In this document: positions 15,001-27,642 of the stretch, one piece after another
Layout of the letters: the number at the start of each line of letters is the position of its first letter
Position numbering within the stretch: position 1 is the stretch's first letter
Source of the DNA: Guillardia theta CCMP2712
Lineage: Eukaryota > Protista > Cryptophyta
DNA: 64,000 nt
Assembly (NCBI RefSeq): GCF_000315625.1
Contig: NW_005434602.1
Location: 367,848-431,847, forward strand
Reading direction: 5' to 3'
The notes under the pieces: generated by a model
What the model was told of the DNA's origin: nothing
Seen by the model: only the letters and a program-made list of their open reading frames with translations
Databases searched by the model: none
Position numbers and translations under genes: made by a program

Positions 15001-17416
15001 GGGCGATGTGCTTGTTCCCAGCGACAGCTTGTATGTCAATCATTTGATTGAGGGAATAGCCTCACGTATCACTGTGCTTCCTAATGTTGCCTTCCATCGA
15101 GAATGCGAAGTCTACGGTGATGGTCTTACGATTGCAACCGCTGGAGTTCAAGCTACTTTTGCGATCCAATCTAAGGATGCGTATAACAACCAGCGAGGGG
15201 TGGGAGGTGACCTGTTCATCGTTAGAGCCTTCTCGGATGGTTGTCAGACCATCGACAACACCATCGAGCAAAAGGCCACTTGCCAACCATACGGGCCTGC
15301 CATTAAGACTTGTGGAGGAACAAACGATCCTGTTTGCAGCCACCTGACAAACCCTGCCCCTCAGATGAACGACGGTGGTGATGGAGACGGAATGAATTGG
15401 GCAGGAGCTTTGTCAGTCAAAGATGGCGGAAAGTTCCGAACCGATGTTGAAGGAGTTTGTCCGACATGCCCACGTCTCATTCGAGCGAATGTCGTGGATA
15501 ACCAAGACAGCACTTACACGGCTTACTTCACCGGGACACAGAAGGGCAGATACACTGTGGTTACTTCTCTGGTCAATAGTGGAGGACTTCTTGCAACTTA
15601 CTACGATGGAGATCCAGTTCAAAGCACAACAGTTTACTCGTACTCTGACTACGGAATATCAGTAAGAGTAGATCCCCTCGTAGACTGGTCAGCAGCTCAG
15701 GCTGGTAACAAAGCGATTGCGTCTTTGACATCCAGCACCTGGGGAGTCAGATGGGTTGGATTTGTGCGTCCTAGCCTCGCCAACCAGTACACCTTCCAGG
15801 TCTCCATCGGAGAGAGCACCGAACGAGTCAAGTTGTGGGTGGACAACAGCATCATCATCCAGCAGTGGACGTCAATTGATGGTACAACCGTCTCTGGCAC
15901 GATGGGATTCGGTAATGGCAATGGTTACTACGACATCAGTCTGCTCTACAAGTGTGCAACATCCTCAGGCCAATGCGCGTACAACTTGAAGTGGGAGAGC
16001 ACTCCAACGGGCAATGCGAACAACGACGTTTCGCTGGGTACCATTCCTTCGGATAGACTGTTCCAGCGATATGATGTACCGAATACTGGCTTGACTTGCA
16101 CCGGAACTCCATGCATCACAAAGGACTGGTCCGACAACACCACACAGACGACTCTTGAGATCTTCCCCAGTGTTACTTGCGCTTCTTTGTCTGTTGCTCA
16201 TGGAAACGGATTGACATTAACAACTGTTGGCGTTCCAGCGACATTCACCATTCAGGCAAAGGATGCTTACTCCAACTCTCGCGAAGACACGGACGCTTCT
16301 TTCACTGTGGATCTGTTTGGAAGTGGAGGCTCAGTGATTTACAACGGAGCAGTCTACAACGGATGGTATGGCGCTGGAAACTACACAGCATCCTACACTG
16401 CTGTGGATGCAAACAATTACAACCTGTATGTCAGATACGGAGCATATAACATCTTGGGTTCACCCTTTTCAACCACTATCAAGCCAGGAAATGCTTGTGG
16501 AGCACAGTCGACCATCCAGGGCAGCGGGTTGACAGCAGCGACCATCTCACCGGCCAAATCTGTCTTCACGATTCAAGCTCGAGATCAGTACGGCAATGCT
16601 AAGACGCAGGCACTACCCACCGATCAAGACTTCATAGTCCGGGTAGTGCGAACCTCGGGGGCAGGCATGCAGGGCACCAACGGTCTGCCGCCATTCTATG
16701 ACGCGACGGCGATCAGCTCTAGTCCGACCCTCCACGCCACGTTCAACACCCCGACCGACGACGGGAGGTATGCAGGCTATTACCAGGTGCCTTCTACCCC
16801 CTCCCCCTCTGGGTACATCCATTACCTCTATGCCTCTTGGATCGCCCAGGGAGGAATCGCAGCCACATACTACGCAGGCACTCCATCGAGCAGCAACGGA
16901 TACAGCTCCCTTGCTCTATCTGCTCCCATCAACGTACTGACTAACGGCAATGCTGTCAACCAGAGGCTGACAGAGCTCGGAGGAACGGTGGAGGACTCGT
17001 CGCAAGCAGCATCAACGCTATGGGGCAGCAGTGCGCTGACTTCGTCGACTGAGGGGTACGTCATCCGATGGAGTGGCATGTACCAGACTTTGACAAGCCA
17101 ACGATACTTCCAATGGAAAGTGACGACTGACAATGGTGACCGCGTGAGGTTGTGGATCGACAACAAGCTCATCATCGATCAGTGGACATCTCTGGATAGC
17201 AACACGCCTTCAGGCGGTTACATCTTTGATTCTGTGGATGGAATCTATGATGTCACTGCAGAGTATTGGAGAGCGGATGGAAAACCTACTACCCCCGCTA
17301 ACATCGAGGTCTTGGACGGGTCGTCAACTGCAGCCTTCTCATCGATTCCCTCCACGAGACTCTACTTCACTCAAGACCTGTCGGGATCTCCCTATGCCGT
17401 CACTGTCACAGTTTAA
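1..17416 (+). CDS. Giant filamin-repeat/PA14-repeat protein (>5780 aa, 5'-partial); exons <1..4941 and 4995..17416
   Basis: ORFs 12..4979 and 4982..17416 are joined in frame by a 53-nt GT..AG intron (4942-4994). About 15 PA14 modules (GL.ATYY...FSVRW.G...ERVKLWID...YDIK.EY) and many filamin repeats (ATAG...FTIQARD.Y.N...G.Y.V.Y...GSPF). The frame is open to the window edge (DFKMEYKQ, mid-PA14). Confidence 0.9.
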
Positions 17417-17563
17417 TCACCCCCTCTTCTCTTCCTCTGTCTAGCGTGCATTCTAATGAATCACCTTGAATATACCACTATCGTGAGAAGAAGCCTCTCG
17501 TACCTGCCTGCCCCTTTCTCTTTGTCCTCCTCCTCTCCTCCTCATCACCCCTTCACATCTCCT

Positions 17564-17932
17564 TTATTCCAATCTGACCAGCTCAAGTTTTATCGTCCCT
17601 ATCACCGGGTTGCACTCCTTGACTTGCACGTTTACCTGCCAAGTCTATCAGGCCCCTCCCTCTAGTCTTCCTCCTGTCCTCTAGTCTTCTTCCACGTTAG
17701 AGGGCCCTCTTCCCTTCCTCCTCACCTTCGCCCCAACTTTCGGCGCCTTGTCGGCCACTCGCAGCTGCGCACAGTCAGCTGGACTCGCCGACCTCTGCCC
17801 CCTCCCCCTCTACCGTCTCGATGTGTCCCAGCTCGTCCAACAGGATGGACACTTGGCTGACGAGACCCGCAGGGTTGTAGGATCGGAGGACCGTGCCGGA
17901 GAGGATGATGTCGGGGCCCTGGGGCGAGTGAG

Positions 17933-17965
<33 letters not shown>

Positions 17966-20501
17966 TGGTCGGGCCTTCACCTTCCTTCGGAGGTACTCGA
18001 GGATCCAAAACCTCTCGGAGCTTCGCTGCAGGCGCGAGATGGCGGCGACCTTGCGATCGAGCTTTGTGATGAGGTGCTGCAGGCGATCCTGAAGAGAAAG
18101 TGACGGGAGGCGAGACAGGACAGTAGGTGCCGACCGTAGAGTATGCAGGAGCAGAGCCAAGCAGCGAAGCTCGGAGCTGACGATGAAGCAAGAGGTCCAT
18201 ATAGCGGCGGATGGGCGAAGTGATCTGAAGAGCAGGATATCAGCATGAAGAGGTCAGACATTCATGGTACACAACCTGAGAATAAAGAGAGAGTCCAAGT
18301 CCGTTATGACGAGCGGGCATGACAAGGTTGACAGCAGGTTTCATCATCAGAACTTGTTGAAAGTTCCTGCCATCGCCGTCATGGTCTTTCTGTTTCTCGT
18401 CACGCATCAACACCTGCAAGCCTCGTTTCGGAAGTGATCGAGGTCAGGAAAGTCGGGAACTTTGAGCACAGGAAGCTGCTCTGTGCCGTCAGTGACCTGC
18501 AGGTAGGAGACGGAGAGGAACCTGCGTGCGGTAGACGAAGGGTATCCCTCGCTCGTGTGCAAACCTCGCAGCTACTTCGCCCGCCAGAAGCATGAACTCT
18601 GAGGGGAGGGAGATCAGATAGACTCCTTCCCTCAAGCTTTTCTACGAACCTGCTATCATCATCCTCGACGGAGTCTGAGACGAAATCTCAACTTTGACTT
18701 CCTTTCTCTTCTCCCCGTTCACAATCTCGTCCCAGACAGTGACCTGAGCCTTGGGGATCTGTGTGGACAAGGCTCCTTGTAGCATGCGGAATGACATCCT
18801 ACGCTTTGCGAGCGTCATGAGCCTTTGAAGGATGAAACTGCTCTTCACTTGCTCAGCATCCCCTCGTCCTTCTCGCTCCTCTAGCGCCGCTTCCGGGTTC
18901 CACGTCAGCAGCTCGTCCACTTGCGAGTAGGTGGCCTTCTTCACATTGATGACGCGCGAAGGAACGATCCTGTACTCCTCGATGTCACCGGAGTGGCCCA
19001 GCCGCACAGCGAACGTCAGCCCGTCGTTGTCTCGCTGCTCAGCGAGCGATGCACTGCGCGTCAAGGTCTGGGGGAGCATGGGGATCCTGGTCTCGGGGAG
19101 GTAGACGGTAGAGGCTCTCTCTAGCGCGAGCTTGTCAAGATCCGTGTCCTGCAGGCACAGTCGAGCCGGGTCCGCCACATGAATCAGGACCCACTCGCCC
19201 TCGCCCTCGTACTGCAGCCCGACAGCATCGTCGATGTCCATGTTCTCTGTCGAATCATCCACCGCGAAGGCGATGGAGTCAACGCCCTCTCTGAGCCCTT
19301 GCAGAGCGTCAGCTGGGGGTTGTTCCGTCAGCTTCTGCGCCTGCTCCTCCGCCGCGCTGGGCACATCAAAGAGCTTGAGGTATCGCTTGACATGAATGTT
19401 CTCCCCGGGGATCCAATGCCTGGTGCTGAATAAGATGTTGGCAGCGACAAGGCGAGGATCGTTGCCGTCCTTAGACACGAGCGTGCGCTTGTAGATGAGC
19501 ACCTGCATCAGCTTCGGAAGGCCTTCCAGCGTTCGGAGGCCCATGGCGTACTGCTCGAGGTACAGCATCAGCTCCTCCTCGTCCTCCACTACTTCCATCG
19601 TTGGTGACTCGGGCGGGGCCATGCCGTCGAGATGTGCAACGATCTTCATGATGAGCTTCTCCAGGGATGGATGGGACTCCACTGCCTTCCCGGGGCTCAT
19701 GTTGGTCTCCTTCTCTTCAGGATGGACGAGGACGAGACCGTTGTTGAGAGGAGTGAACAAGGACCGAGACCGCGCTGCTGTTGTGTACGCCGCGAATAAT
19801 CCGCTGGCTGAGGTGTCCTGGAACAGATTCTCTGCCAGTTCACTCAGCTCGACCGCTCGCTCCTCATTGTCTGTTCGCAGGTCCTCCCACACTTGCCTTA
19901 GATGATCCTCCTGCAAGCTGCCGCACAAAGATTGCGCTGCTTCCTTCAACCCCTTCACGCTTTCAGCTTTCCACGATCCCTGGGGTGGGTCGGGCAGAGA
20001 GATCTTCACGTTTGACCTTCGGACAGCGATCTGAACTCCTTCCTCCTCGGTCTCCAGCAAGATGAATCTTCCTCCTCGAGCTGGACCCTTCACGACTGCG
20101 ACCTCTCGCTCCGCCTTGGACGAGTCCGTACGTGTAAAGATCACCATCGACCCTGGGTTCATTTGCGCGTTCCTCGGCCACGCGTGGCTGGACGTAGACA
20201 TTGAAGCATGTCTCTGTCTGTTGCACGCTACATTGGTACGCGCCATGTTGAGTGATACCGCATGGTTGCTCCTCGTGTAGGGCGTCATGGTTTTGCTCCG
20301 CATGTTGTGCATGCAGCTGATCTGCTTGCTCGTTGCGTTGGAGCTTGCCATGTAGCTCATCCTCGCCACGTTGAGCAGCATCCGGTGATCATCGCCTGGG
20401 CTCGTCCTCGTCCTCTTCCACCCCCACGCCCACTGCATCGTCCACCTCATCCTCCCTGCCATCCCGACTCCCCTCTTCATACCCTGTACTACCCACCCCA
20501 C
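17564..20501 (-). CDS. RNase II/RNase R (RNB) family 3'-5' exoribonuclease, multi-exon, probably organellar
   Basis: AFAVDD..DIDDAVG, IHVADP, ERASTVYLP..RIPMLP, EFMLLAG, SPLRRYMDLLLHRQL across exons; last exon read as VNVQVKECNPVIGTIKLELVRLE*. True start uncertain. Confidence 0.85.
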
Positions 20502-20679
20502 CCACTTCCAATTCCACCATCCACACCCCTAGCACTTAGCTCTAAAACCACCCCCTCATCCACCCCCTTGCTTACACCCACCCCTGTCATCAACAGAAAC
20601 TGGATCACATGCACATGTTCTGAGGGGGACTCGTTCCTTGCGTTTGGTCTCATCAATCCCTCCCTCCTCTCCTCCCTCC

Positions 20680-20779
20680 NNNNNNNNNNNNNNNNNNNNN
20701 NNNNNNNNNNNNNNNNNNNNNNNNNNNNNNNNNNNNNNNNNNNNNNNNNNNNNNNNNNNNNNNNNNNNNNNNNNNNNNN
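20680..20779. other. Assembly gap (100 N) in a C/T-rich low-complexity tract
   Basis: Run of n. Confidence 0.99.
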
Positions 20780-20920
20780 CCTCTCCTCCCTCCTCCCTCC
20801 TCCCTCCCCCTCCCCTCCTCGTCCCTCACCTTGTCCCTCCTCCCCTCCCTCCCTCCCTCCCTCTCTCCTCCCCCCTCGATCTCTGATTTTTTGCTTCCTC
20901 TTCTACTCTGACTGATCCCT

Positions 20921-22200
20921 ATGCCTCCCTCGCCCCCTTTCCTCACTCGTGCTCTCGTGAGATCTTCCCTTCCTATCGCGTCGCTTTCTCGCCATGTACA
21001 TCGATCTCGAGTCACGTTCACGCATCTTGACGGGACGCCCGGGCCTCTCCATCAGGCGCCAAGACATGTCCTGTCCTCTTTGTGGCACGTGCAAGGAGTG
21101 CTTGGATGCGGTGGCAGAAGGGCGCCGGGAGATAGGTGGGCGACTACGGGAGCGGAGGAAGGGGAGGAGGATGTAGTACAGTCGCTGCAGTCTGCAGGGG
21201 AAGCCAACACGAAGCGGGTGAAGGAGGGGGAAGGATGGTCCAAGGTGTTTGAGTGCCCTACTTGCGGTGAGCGATTCTCGAAATGGAAGAAGCTTCAGTT
21301 TCATCTCAAGACGCGTCAGGTCTGTTGCTCTTGTTCTCCCTGGACGTGTGACTTGTCTCAGCACATCAAGCGAGGCTCCTACCCCACTTGGAAGCTGGTA
21401 CATGACCTCCTGCGGCTCCCCAGCCATCTCGATGAGCTCGATCCGAACGTGCGAAACACTTTGAGCTGCATGGCAGGGGCTGACGCCTGCCGTTAGGTTG
21501 TCGTCATGTTCAGAAACGAAGCTCGAGCCCAGCCTGAAGTGCGGGGGAGGCCTGGGGTACCGCACAGTGACTGCTGAACTCCTTCAAGTCGTGACTGCCT
21601 CTCAACAGCCATTGACGTACTACTTGTGTCCTCTTTGCGCCTACTCGTCTCGCTCATGGGCTCGCATGTGGGAGCATGTTGGAAGGTCCTGACCCTCCTT
21701 TGCCTCACATCATTTCTTCCAATGCTCTGCTCTGCTCTGCTCTGCTCTGCTCTGCTCTGCTCTGCTCTGCTCTGCTCTGCTCTGCTCTGCTCTGCTCTGC
21801 CTCCACTTGTCGCATCACTTCACCTCTTTTGTTTCTTCCTTTCCTGCCATCGTTGGAAGTTTCCTCTTGTGCTATCCTAAGTATGCCTATCTTCAATCCG
21901 CCTTCTCACTCGGCGACAGGACGGGGCACATCTCCAGACACTCGTACCGCACGCAGAAAGAACTGCAGATTCTCCTCCGACAGGGTCCAGGTGAAGAAAT
22001 CACAGGTCGCCTTATTGACTCGGTGACAAGCCATCAGAGGAGAACAGGGCCGACTCCTACTCTCATGCTCAAGACGGTCCTTGAAGTCTTGTGATCGCTC
22101 GTCCTCACACTCCAGCAGCTGTCCTGCTGCGGCCTGCTGGCACTGTTCCTTTCACTATCACCTCTGAGGTGGAAGCGGAGATGGAGCATTCGAAGACTAA
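20921..22200 (+). CDS. C2H2 zinc-finger protein with Arg/Ser-rich presequence-like N-terminus, multi-exon (3' end approximate)
   Basis: [21 protein letters not shown]|QH and [20 protein letters not shown]; paralog at 41024. Confidence 0.6.
21724..21800 (+). repeat. (CTGCT)n microsatellite, probably intronic
   Basis: Direct reading. Confidence 0.95.
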
Positions 22201-23213
22201 GGAGCACAGAAAGTCGATAGGAGTAGGAGAAGCAGAGGAAGGGGATGAGGGTGACGGGTTGACAGGCTCTTGCCGTCATGTGGGAGTGCTGTAAGGGAAC
22301 GGCCCACCAGGTGACGCGAGGAGGGTCGGGCACAGTCGCTGTGCTCATTGATACCTGCAGGACTTGTGCGACACCGGGTGCTTGAAGGGGAGGGGGAGGT
22401 GGTTGGAAATCGATATGGAGCTTCACCAACGGCGGCTGGTGCGAGAGAGGAGTGAAGAGGGCGGGGCGAGGATGAGCTGTACTACAGTTCGCCGAGGATG
22501 AATACGTCATGCTAGCATGGGTGAAGCAGGTCAAATCAGGAGCCAAGGTCAGAGGTCGACAAGCAGCTGGGCTGTTGCTGATGCTGCCATGCAGCAAGGT
22601 TACTTCATCGTCAAGCGGAATCGAGCAAGAGTCCCAGGTAGCCCCGGGCTGGTCCAGGGCGAGGGATGACAGACGAGGCAGGACGAGGCGCTTCTCCGGG
22701 CTACGGCTGTCCTCACTGCGGACGCGCTTTCGACAAGGTGAGGGCGGAAGGAAAGCAGAGCAGCAGGAAGAGCTGAAGGTGGTGCTAGTTCACGCGCTTC
22801 TTGAAGCACTTCAAAGAGGAAGGATGCATGTCGGCAATGGGAAGGTCGAGCTTCATGACTCTGGAGGAAGTTCAGTACCGCGCCATGCTGGTCTCGCTGC
22901 TCCGCTGCTGCTCGCGTTCCTCACGCTCCCTCTAGGTGTCGCCGCTGAGCAAGCGAGCGCTTGTGCGACAAAATTCCATCGACGTCGCAGGATGGAACCC
23001 TGCATGGCTGGTGCTTGTGGTGTTTCAGTTGTGCTGCTGCTGAGCTACTGCAGGAGGACCTTCGCCCTCGCGTGCAGAAAGAGCAAGAGAAGCATGAGTT
23101 CGTGGAAGACCAGCCAGGCTTTCAGTTTGTCGTGTGACTTCAATGAGACTGCGAGCAGACCGTCTTGCGTCTGCTTTAAGGCTGAGAGGAGAAATGAAAA
23201 TCTTCTCAAAACT

Positions 23214-25439
23214 TCAGAGGAATGTGACGACGGCAGAGATGTCGTCGATGGTAGCTGCACTTGAATGAGGAGTGGGAAAGGAGGAAGAGGAAGGGAGGGA
23301 GAGAGGGTGGATGATAGGAGGAGGAAGACAAGATGTTTTGCTGCTCACCCTTGGATCCTGGTCGCTCCTCCCAGATCATTCGTGAAGCATCCACCAGTAC
23401 TGTCATGACCTTCACTTGCCCTCCTCGCCTTATCGCTGTAACTCCCTCGTCCATCCCCCTTCCCCTCCTCCTCCTCCTCCTTCCCAACCAACGGACCTTG
23501 AGCAGCAGTTGCAGCATCGCGATTGTTGTAGAATTGCAAGCACGTAGCGACCTGGTGGCGGTAAGTTAGTAGAGAGGCAAGAGGGCTGAGCTGGACTGGG
23601 AGCAAGGAGCAGCATCTGCGGAAAAAGAGAACCGAGTTTTGATTTCTCACCGCCGTCTGCTCATCGAGAACGTCCCACACTCCGTCAGTGGCTAAGATTA
23701 GAACCTGAAACAAGTCAGCAGCAACAAGTTCGCTGAACACCCCACCTTGTTCTTCCCAATCTTCACACACTTCAGGTCAGGCTCAGCAGTCACCCCAGCC
23801 TGTCCCCCGGTCATCCGCTAGTTTCCCATCCTCTTCGCTTGCTCTCCCCCCACTCTCCTCTCTCACTGTCTTTCTCTCTTCCTCTCTCTTGCTCCTCTGT
23901 GCTCTCTCTCACCTGCTTCGCCAAATAATCGCCGAAAGCTCTGAGAACAACAGTCGTCAATCTTCTTCAAGCTCGATTCGGCCCTGGACTTTACCTGGAT
24001 GTGGCTAATCCGGGATAGGACTGACCCTGCAGTCGACTTAGGAGGAGGGGACAGGGGTAAGGAAGACCTGAAGAAAAACTCGTCCCTTGCCACTTTCTTC
24101 CACGCTTGGTTCTCCCGGGAACACAGACACCTGAGCTTACGGTCAAAGAAACACTTCTAGCTCATCACAACCCACCATCCCACCGCTGGCCTCTATGCGA
24201 TTCCTGCAGGAATAGACGCTCAGCACATGCTTCAACACGATTGCAAGCTTGTGACTAGGCAGGCTCGAAGCAGACCTTTCAGTAGGATCCGCAGGGTTGT
24301 GATCGGTGGTTAGGGAGATGGAAGTGCCGTCAAGAGCTGCAGCCGCATCCTCAGGTGGAGGCGTCAAGTTCGAGATGCTCACCCGCTAGAATCGCCCGGG
24401 AGTCTCCCACTGAAGCCACAAGCAGCGAGTCCGCGTCCTGCAGGACTATCGTCGCGGTGGCTCCACTCTGACTGAGAGCTGCGACAAGTGTCAGCAGCTT
24501 GCAGCTCGAGAGGTTCATAACCTGTTGCTCCAAATGCCTCCGAGGCATCATAGTCAATCTGGTTGGTGAATGAGAACGAGACGGAGGGCTGGGGGGCATC
24601 AAGACAGCGGGAGGGGTTGGAGGAACGAGACGGAGGACGGCGATGCTGATGAGGCGAGTAGACGAGTGTGAGTCCTCACCTGAGAGAACGCGAACTTGAC
24701 CCACTCCGGCAGCTGCGACCCTTGGGACCTGTGGCAGGTCAACCCTGGGAGGGCAGGAGGGCGAAGCGACCTCGTCAGCGCCTCCTTCATGCTCCTCGGA
24801 AAATTTTCAGACAGAAACTCAGCGATGATGTGTCCACTTGGTCCATGCCCATCAAAGACGCTGTACATGTTTATCCCTTGTTGGAGCGGAACGAGAGCGA
24901 TAGCGGAGTCCTGCATGATGTTGGTTGCAGGCAAGGCTGGTGGTCATAACTCAACCTGATTGATCTTGGTCTTTCCCTCGCTCCTTCCTTCAGCTCTCTC
25001 TCACATCTCTACATCGCCAACAGAACCTTCTCACCTGCCACGGTTGTCCACGAGCTCGTTGCCGGCTGCCCCCTAGTGGCCTGGAGCTTGAAGCTCTCGG
25101 GAGGAAGGAAGATTTCACTCTTACGATCTCCGAGGAAGCTCCGACCAAAAGAATCTCATGCAAGAAGTCAGCGTAGCCCATGAGGAGGAGGAAATTACTG
25201 ATCGCATCCCCCAGCGGCGCATTCCCACCGAACAGTTGCATCGTCATGGCGTGACGAGGAGAATTTCCCTTTCTGGTTGGCAGCGGATGGGGCAGCAGAG
25301 CGAAGGTTGGCAACGGATGGAGGAGGAGAGCGAAGGCAGAGGAGGAGGGAGGGAGGAGGAGAGCGAGGAGAACGAGCAGCAGGAGAGGAGAGGAGAGGCG
25401 AGGCGACCATGACTCATGCCTCGATCCTCTACCTGCCAT
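23214..25439 (-). CDS. PP2C (PPM) protein phosphatase, multi-exon, likely plastid-targeted
   Basis: MQD, VFDGHG, SGATA, VGDSRAIL, LTTDHNP, LILATDGVWDVL and final exon TIDDISAVVTFL*. Hydrophobic signal peptide ending SSSA|FAL. Confidence 0.85.
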
Positions 25440-26160
25440 GGCAGTTACAGTCCGTTACTACTTGTGGGTTGTCCGAGAAAAGGCCGAATTTGAATTTGAA
25501 AGATCATCCTCGGATCGTACTGGGTCCGGGGCCCGCCGGGTTCAGTGTGTGCCGCGCCCGGAGGCCGCTCGGAGTCACGGACTCGAACTTCGGCCCGGGC
25601 CCGCGCCGCGAAGTCCCCGTGAACTTCCGGGCCCTAGCCGGCGACAGGCCGCAGAGGCCCGGATTGGGTTTGGTGGGTCAAGCCTCCTACTCGGACTCTC
25701 ATTATTGTCCTCGTACTGATTTTTAACTTAACTTTGAGTAAAGAAGACGGCCCGACCGGGCTGCTGAAACGGTTTGCGCTCTCCAGGCCGCTTTCCGAGT
25801 TCCGAAGTTCAATGAGTCCGAGGGCCGGCAGCCCGGCCGGCCCGGCCGGGGTCACCTGCCGGGCCGCCGCTGGGCTCAGTGCGGCCGCAAATGATCGGAT
25901 GTCGCGGCGCAGCGTTCCGGGTTGAAGGTTCACGGCGAAGTTCCGAGTTCAGTCACAGTTGGCCCACCACGGTGGCATTCAGGTGACCGTCCGATCGGCG
26001 GTCCGGGCCGCCAGTTAGCCCCCGGCCCCCCCCCGCCGCGGCGGCGCTCCGGGCGGCGCCGGGCGGGACCCGGCGGCCGGCCCGTCGACGACTCGCGAGT
26101 CGGGCACTCACCAGCCTGAGTGAATCCGATCTCATCAGCGGATTCACGGTCAAGTTCTTC
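25440..26160. promoter_or_regulatory. GC-rich intergenic island containing a conserved 40-nt AT-rich motif (25704-25743)
   Basis: ATTGTCCTCGTACTGATTTTTAACTTAACTTTGAGTAAAG is identical at 46642-46681, with a variant at 31922-31958. Lies between divergent genes. Function inferred. Confidence 0.45.
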
Positions 26161-26591
26161 GTATGTAGTACCGGTGGAGCCTACCCACCCATGCTCAAGA
26201 TGCCTCAAAGTACCGGTGATCGGCCCATAACGACATATTCTACCACCCCCCATGCCACATTCACCCCTCCAAACACTACTATGACCCCCCTCATTGAGAG
26301 TTATGGAGAGTGGGTACATGTTGGTACCCTCTATGTCAACTTACCCCACCCACCCCACTTACAGGAGGGCCATACACAACACATTTCTTTGGATGACCCA
26401 CCCCATCTTCATCCCCTGACAAGTACCACGTATTCAACTTTTGGTACCCTATCATGGAAGTCCCTACCCCCTCTTATTCCTACCCCTACCCCCTCTTATT
26501 CCTACCCCTACCCCCGAATGTTCACATCCAGAACCTGCACATTCTTCACGAAGGTGTTGTACACGACAGCACACTAGCGTCGCGAACTAGA

Positions 26592-26775
26592 ACAAGAAGC
26601 AAGGACAAGAAGCAAGGACAAGAAGCAAGGACAAGAAGCAAGGACAAGAAGCAAGGACAAGAAGCAAGGACAAGAAGCAAGGACAAGAAGCAAGGACAAG
26701 AAGCAAGGACAAGAAGCAAGGACAAGAAGCAAGGACAAGAAGCAAGGACAAGAAGCAAGGACAAGAAGCAAGGAC
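26592..26775 (+). repeat. 13-bp tandem repeat (ACAAGAAGCAAGG) x ~14
   Basis: Direct reading. Confidence 0.95.
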
Positions 26776-26850
26776 GAGCACGAGGTCAAGGGCAAGGATA
26801 TATAGATAGTCGCAGGACAAGTGCGCATGCGGCTGTCTACATAGCTGATA

Positions 26851-27642
26851 GTGAAAGAAAAGTTGGTGATGGTCCATTCTATTCTCAGCACTGGACATCG
26901 ATTGGTACCAGCATGGACAATCAGTCTAGACAAGCTTGACAATGAAAATGAAAAAGAAAACACGGAGGGAAATGGGATCTTAAGTGCGAGAGAAGGCAGA
27001 CAACAAATCTTGCTCAGAGCTCAAACAGCAAGAAGTTCAACGTCTCTTTATTCCCCCATCATGAAACATCGACGACTCTCAACGATTGAATCTTCTCCCA
27101 AACGCTCACCGCTGACTATTCGAGGAGCGATGAAGACAATGGTGACACCATCGCCCTTTAAACTGCAGGCTTGGAGGGGATCAAACACAGAAGGCATGCT
27201 CTTGAAACGTGAGCGACGAGTGTCTGTCAGAGCTATGGGCAGCCTGAGCGTTGAGGAGGAGGCGAAGACTCTCTTTCATCAGCTCGAAGATCAAAGCATG
27301 CGCAGGGAGAGTACCAGCGAGGACCCAACGGTCGAGCTCAAGAGCGTGACTGGCGATACTAGCGGTTTGCGGAGAAGAAAGAGCTCGACGAAAAGTCTTG
27401 TGAGGCTGCTGAGCAGAGGAAGTGGGAAGAATCGGATGGAGGAAGGGAACGTAGAGAAGGAGAGCACAAGAAGCTCTCTCAGCTCAAAGGAAGAGGACAT
27501 GCTGAGGAAGAGAACCCGAGAAAGCCGCGCAAAGCCTTGGCAGGTTGAAAAGCACAACATTCGCAACAAAGTCAAGAAGACTATGATCGTAGCATCGGTG
27601 ATACACCCTCGCCCTCCCCTTCTTCTCTCCCTTCTGACTTGA
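26851..27642 (+). CDS. Hypothetical Ser/Arg/Glu-rich protein exon
   Basis: 263-aa ORF ending in an intron-like pyrimidine tract; no recognisable domain. Confidence 0.4.
   Translation: MKEKLVMVHSILSTGHRLVPAWTISLDKLDNENEKENTEGNGILSAREGRQQILLRAQTARSSTSLYSPIMKHRRLSTIESSPKRSPLTIRGAMKTMVTPSPFKLQAWRGSNTEGMLLKRERRVSVRAMGSLSVEEEAKTLFHQLEDQSMRRESTSEDPTVELKSVTGDTSGLRRRKSSTKSLVRLLSRGSGKNRMEEGNVEKESTRSSLSSKEEDMLRKRTRESRAKPWQVEKHNIRNKVKKTMIVASVIHPRPPLLLSLLT

Noticed and set aside
17934-17963. (CAG)n read as a poly-Ala/poly-Cys coding tract
   Set aside because: Lies inside a minus-strand intron of the RNB gene.
22300-23200. Possible small multi-exon gene
   Set aside because: Could not build a consistent model or recognise a domain.
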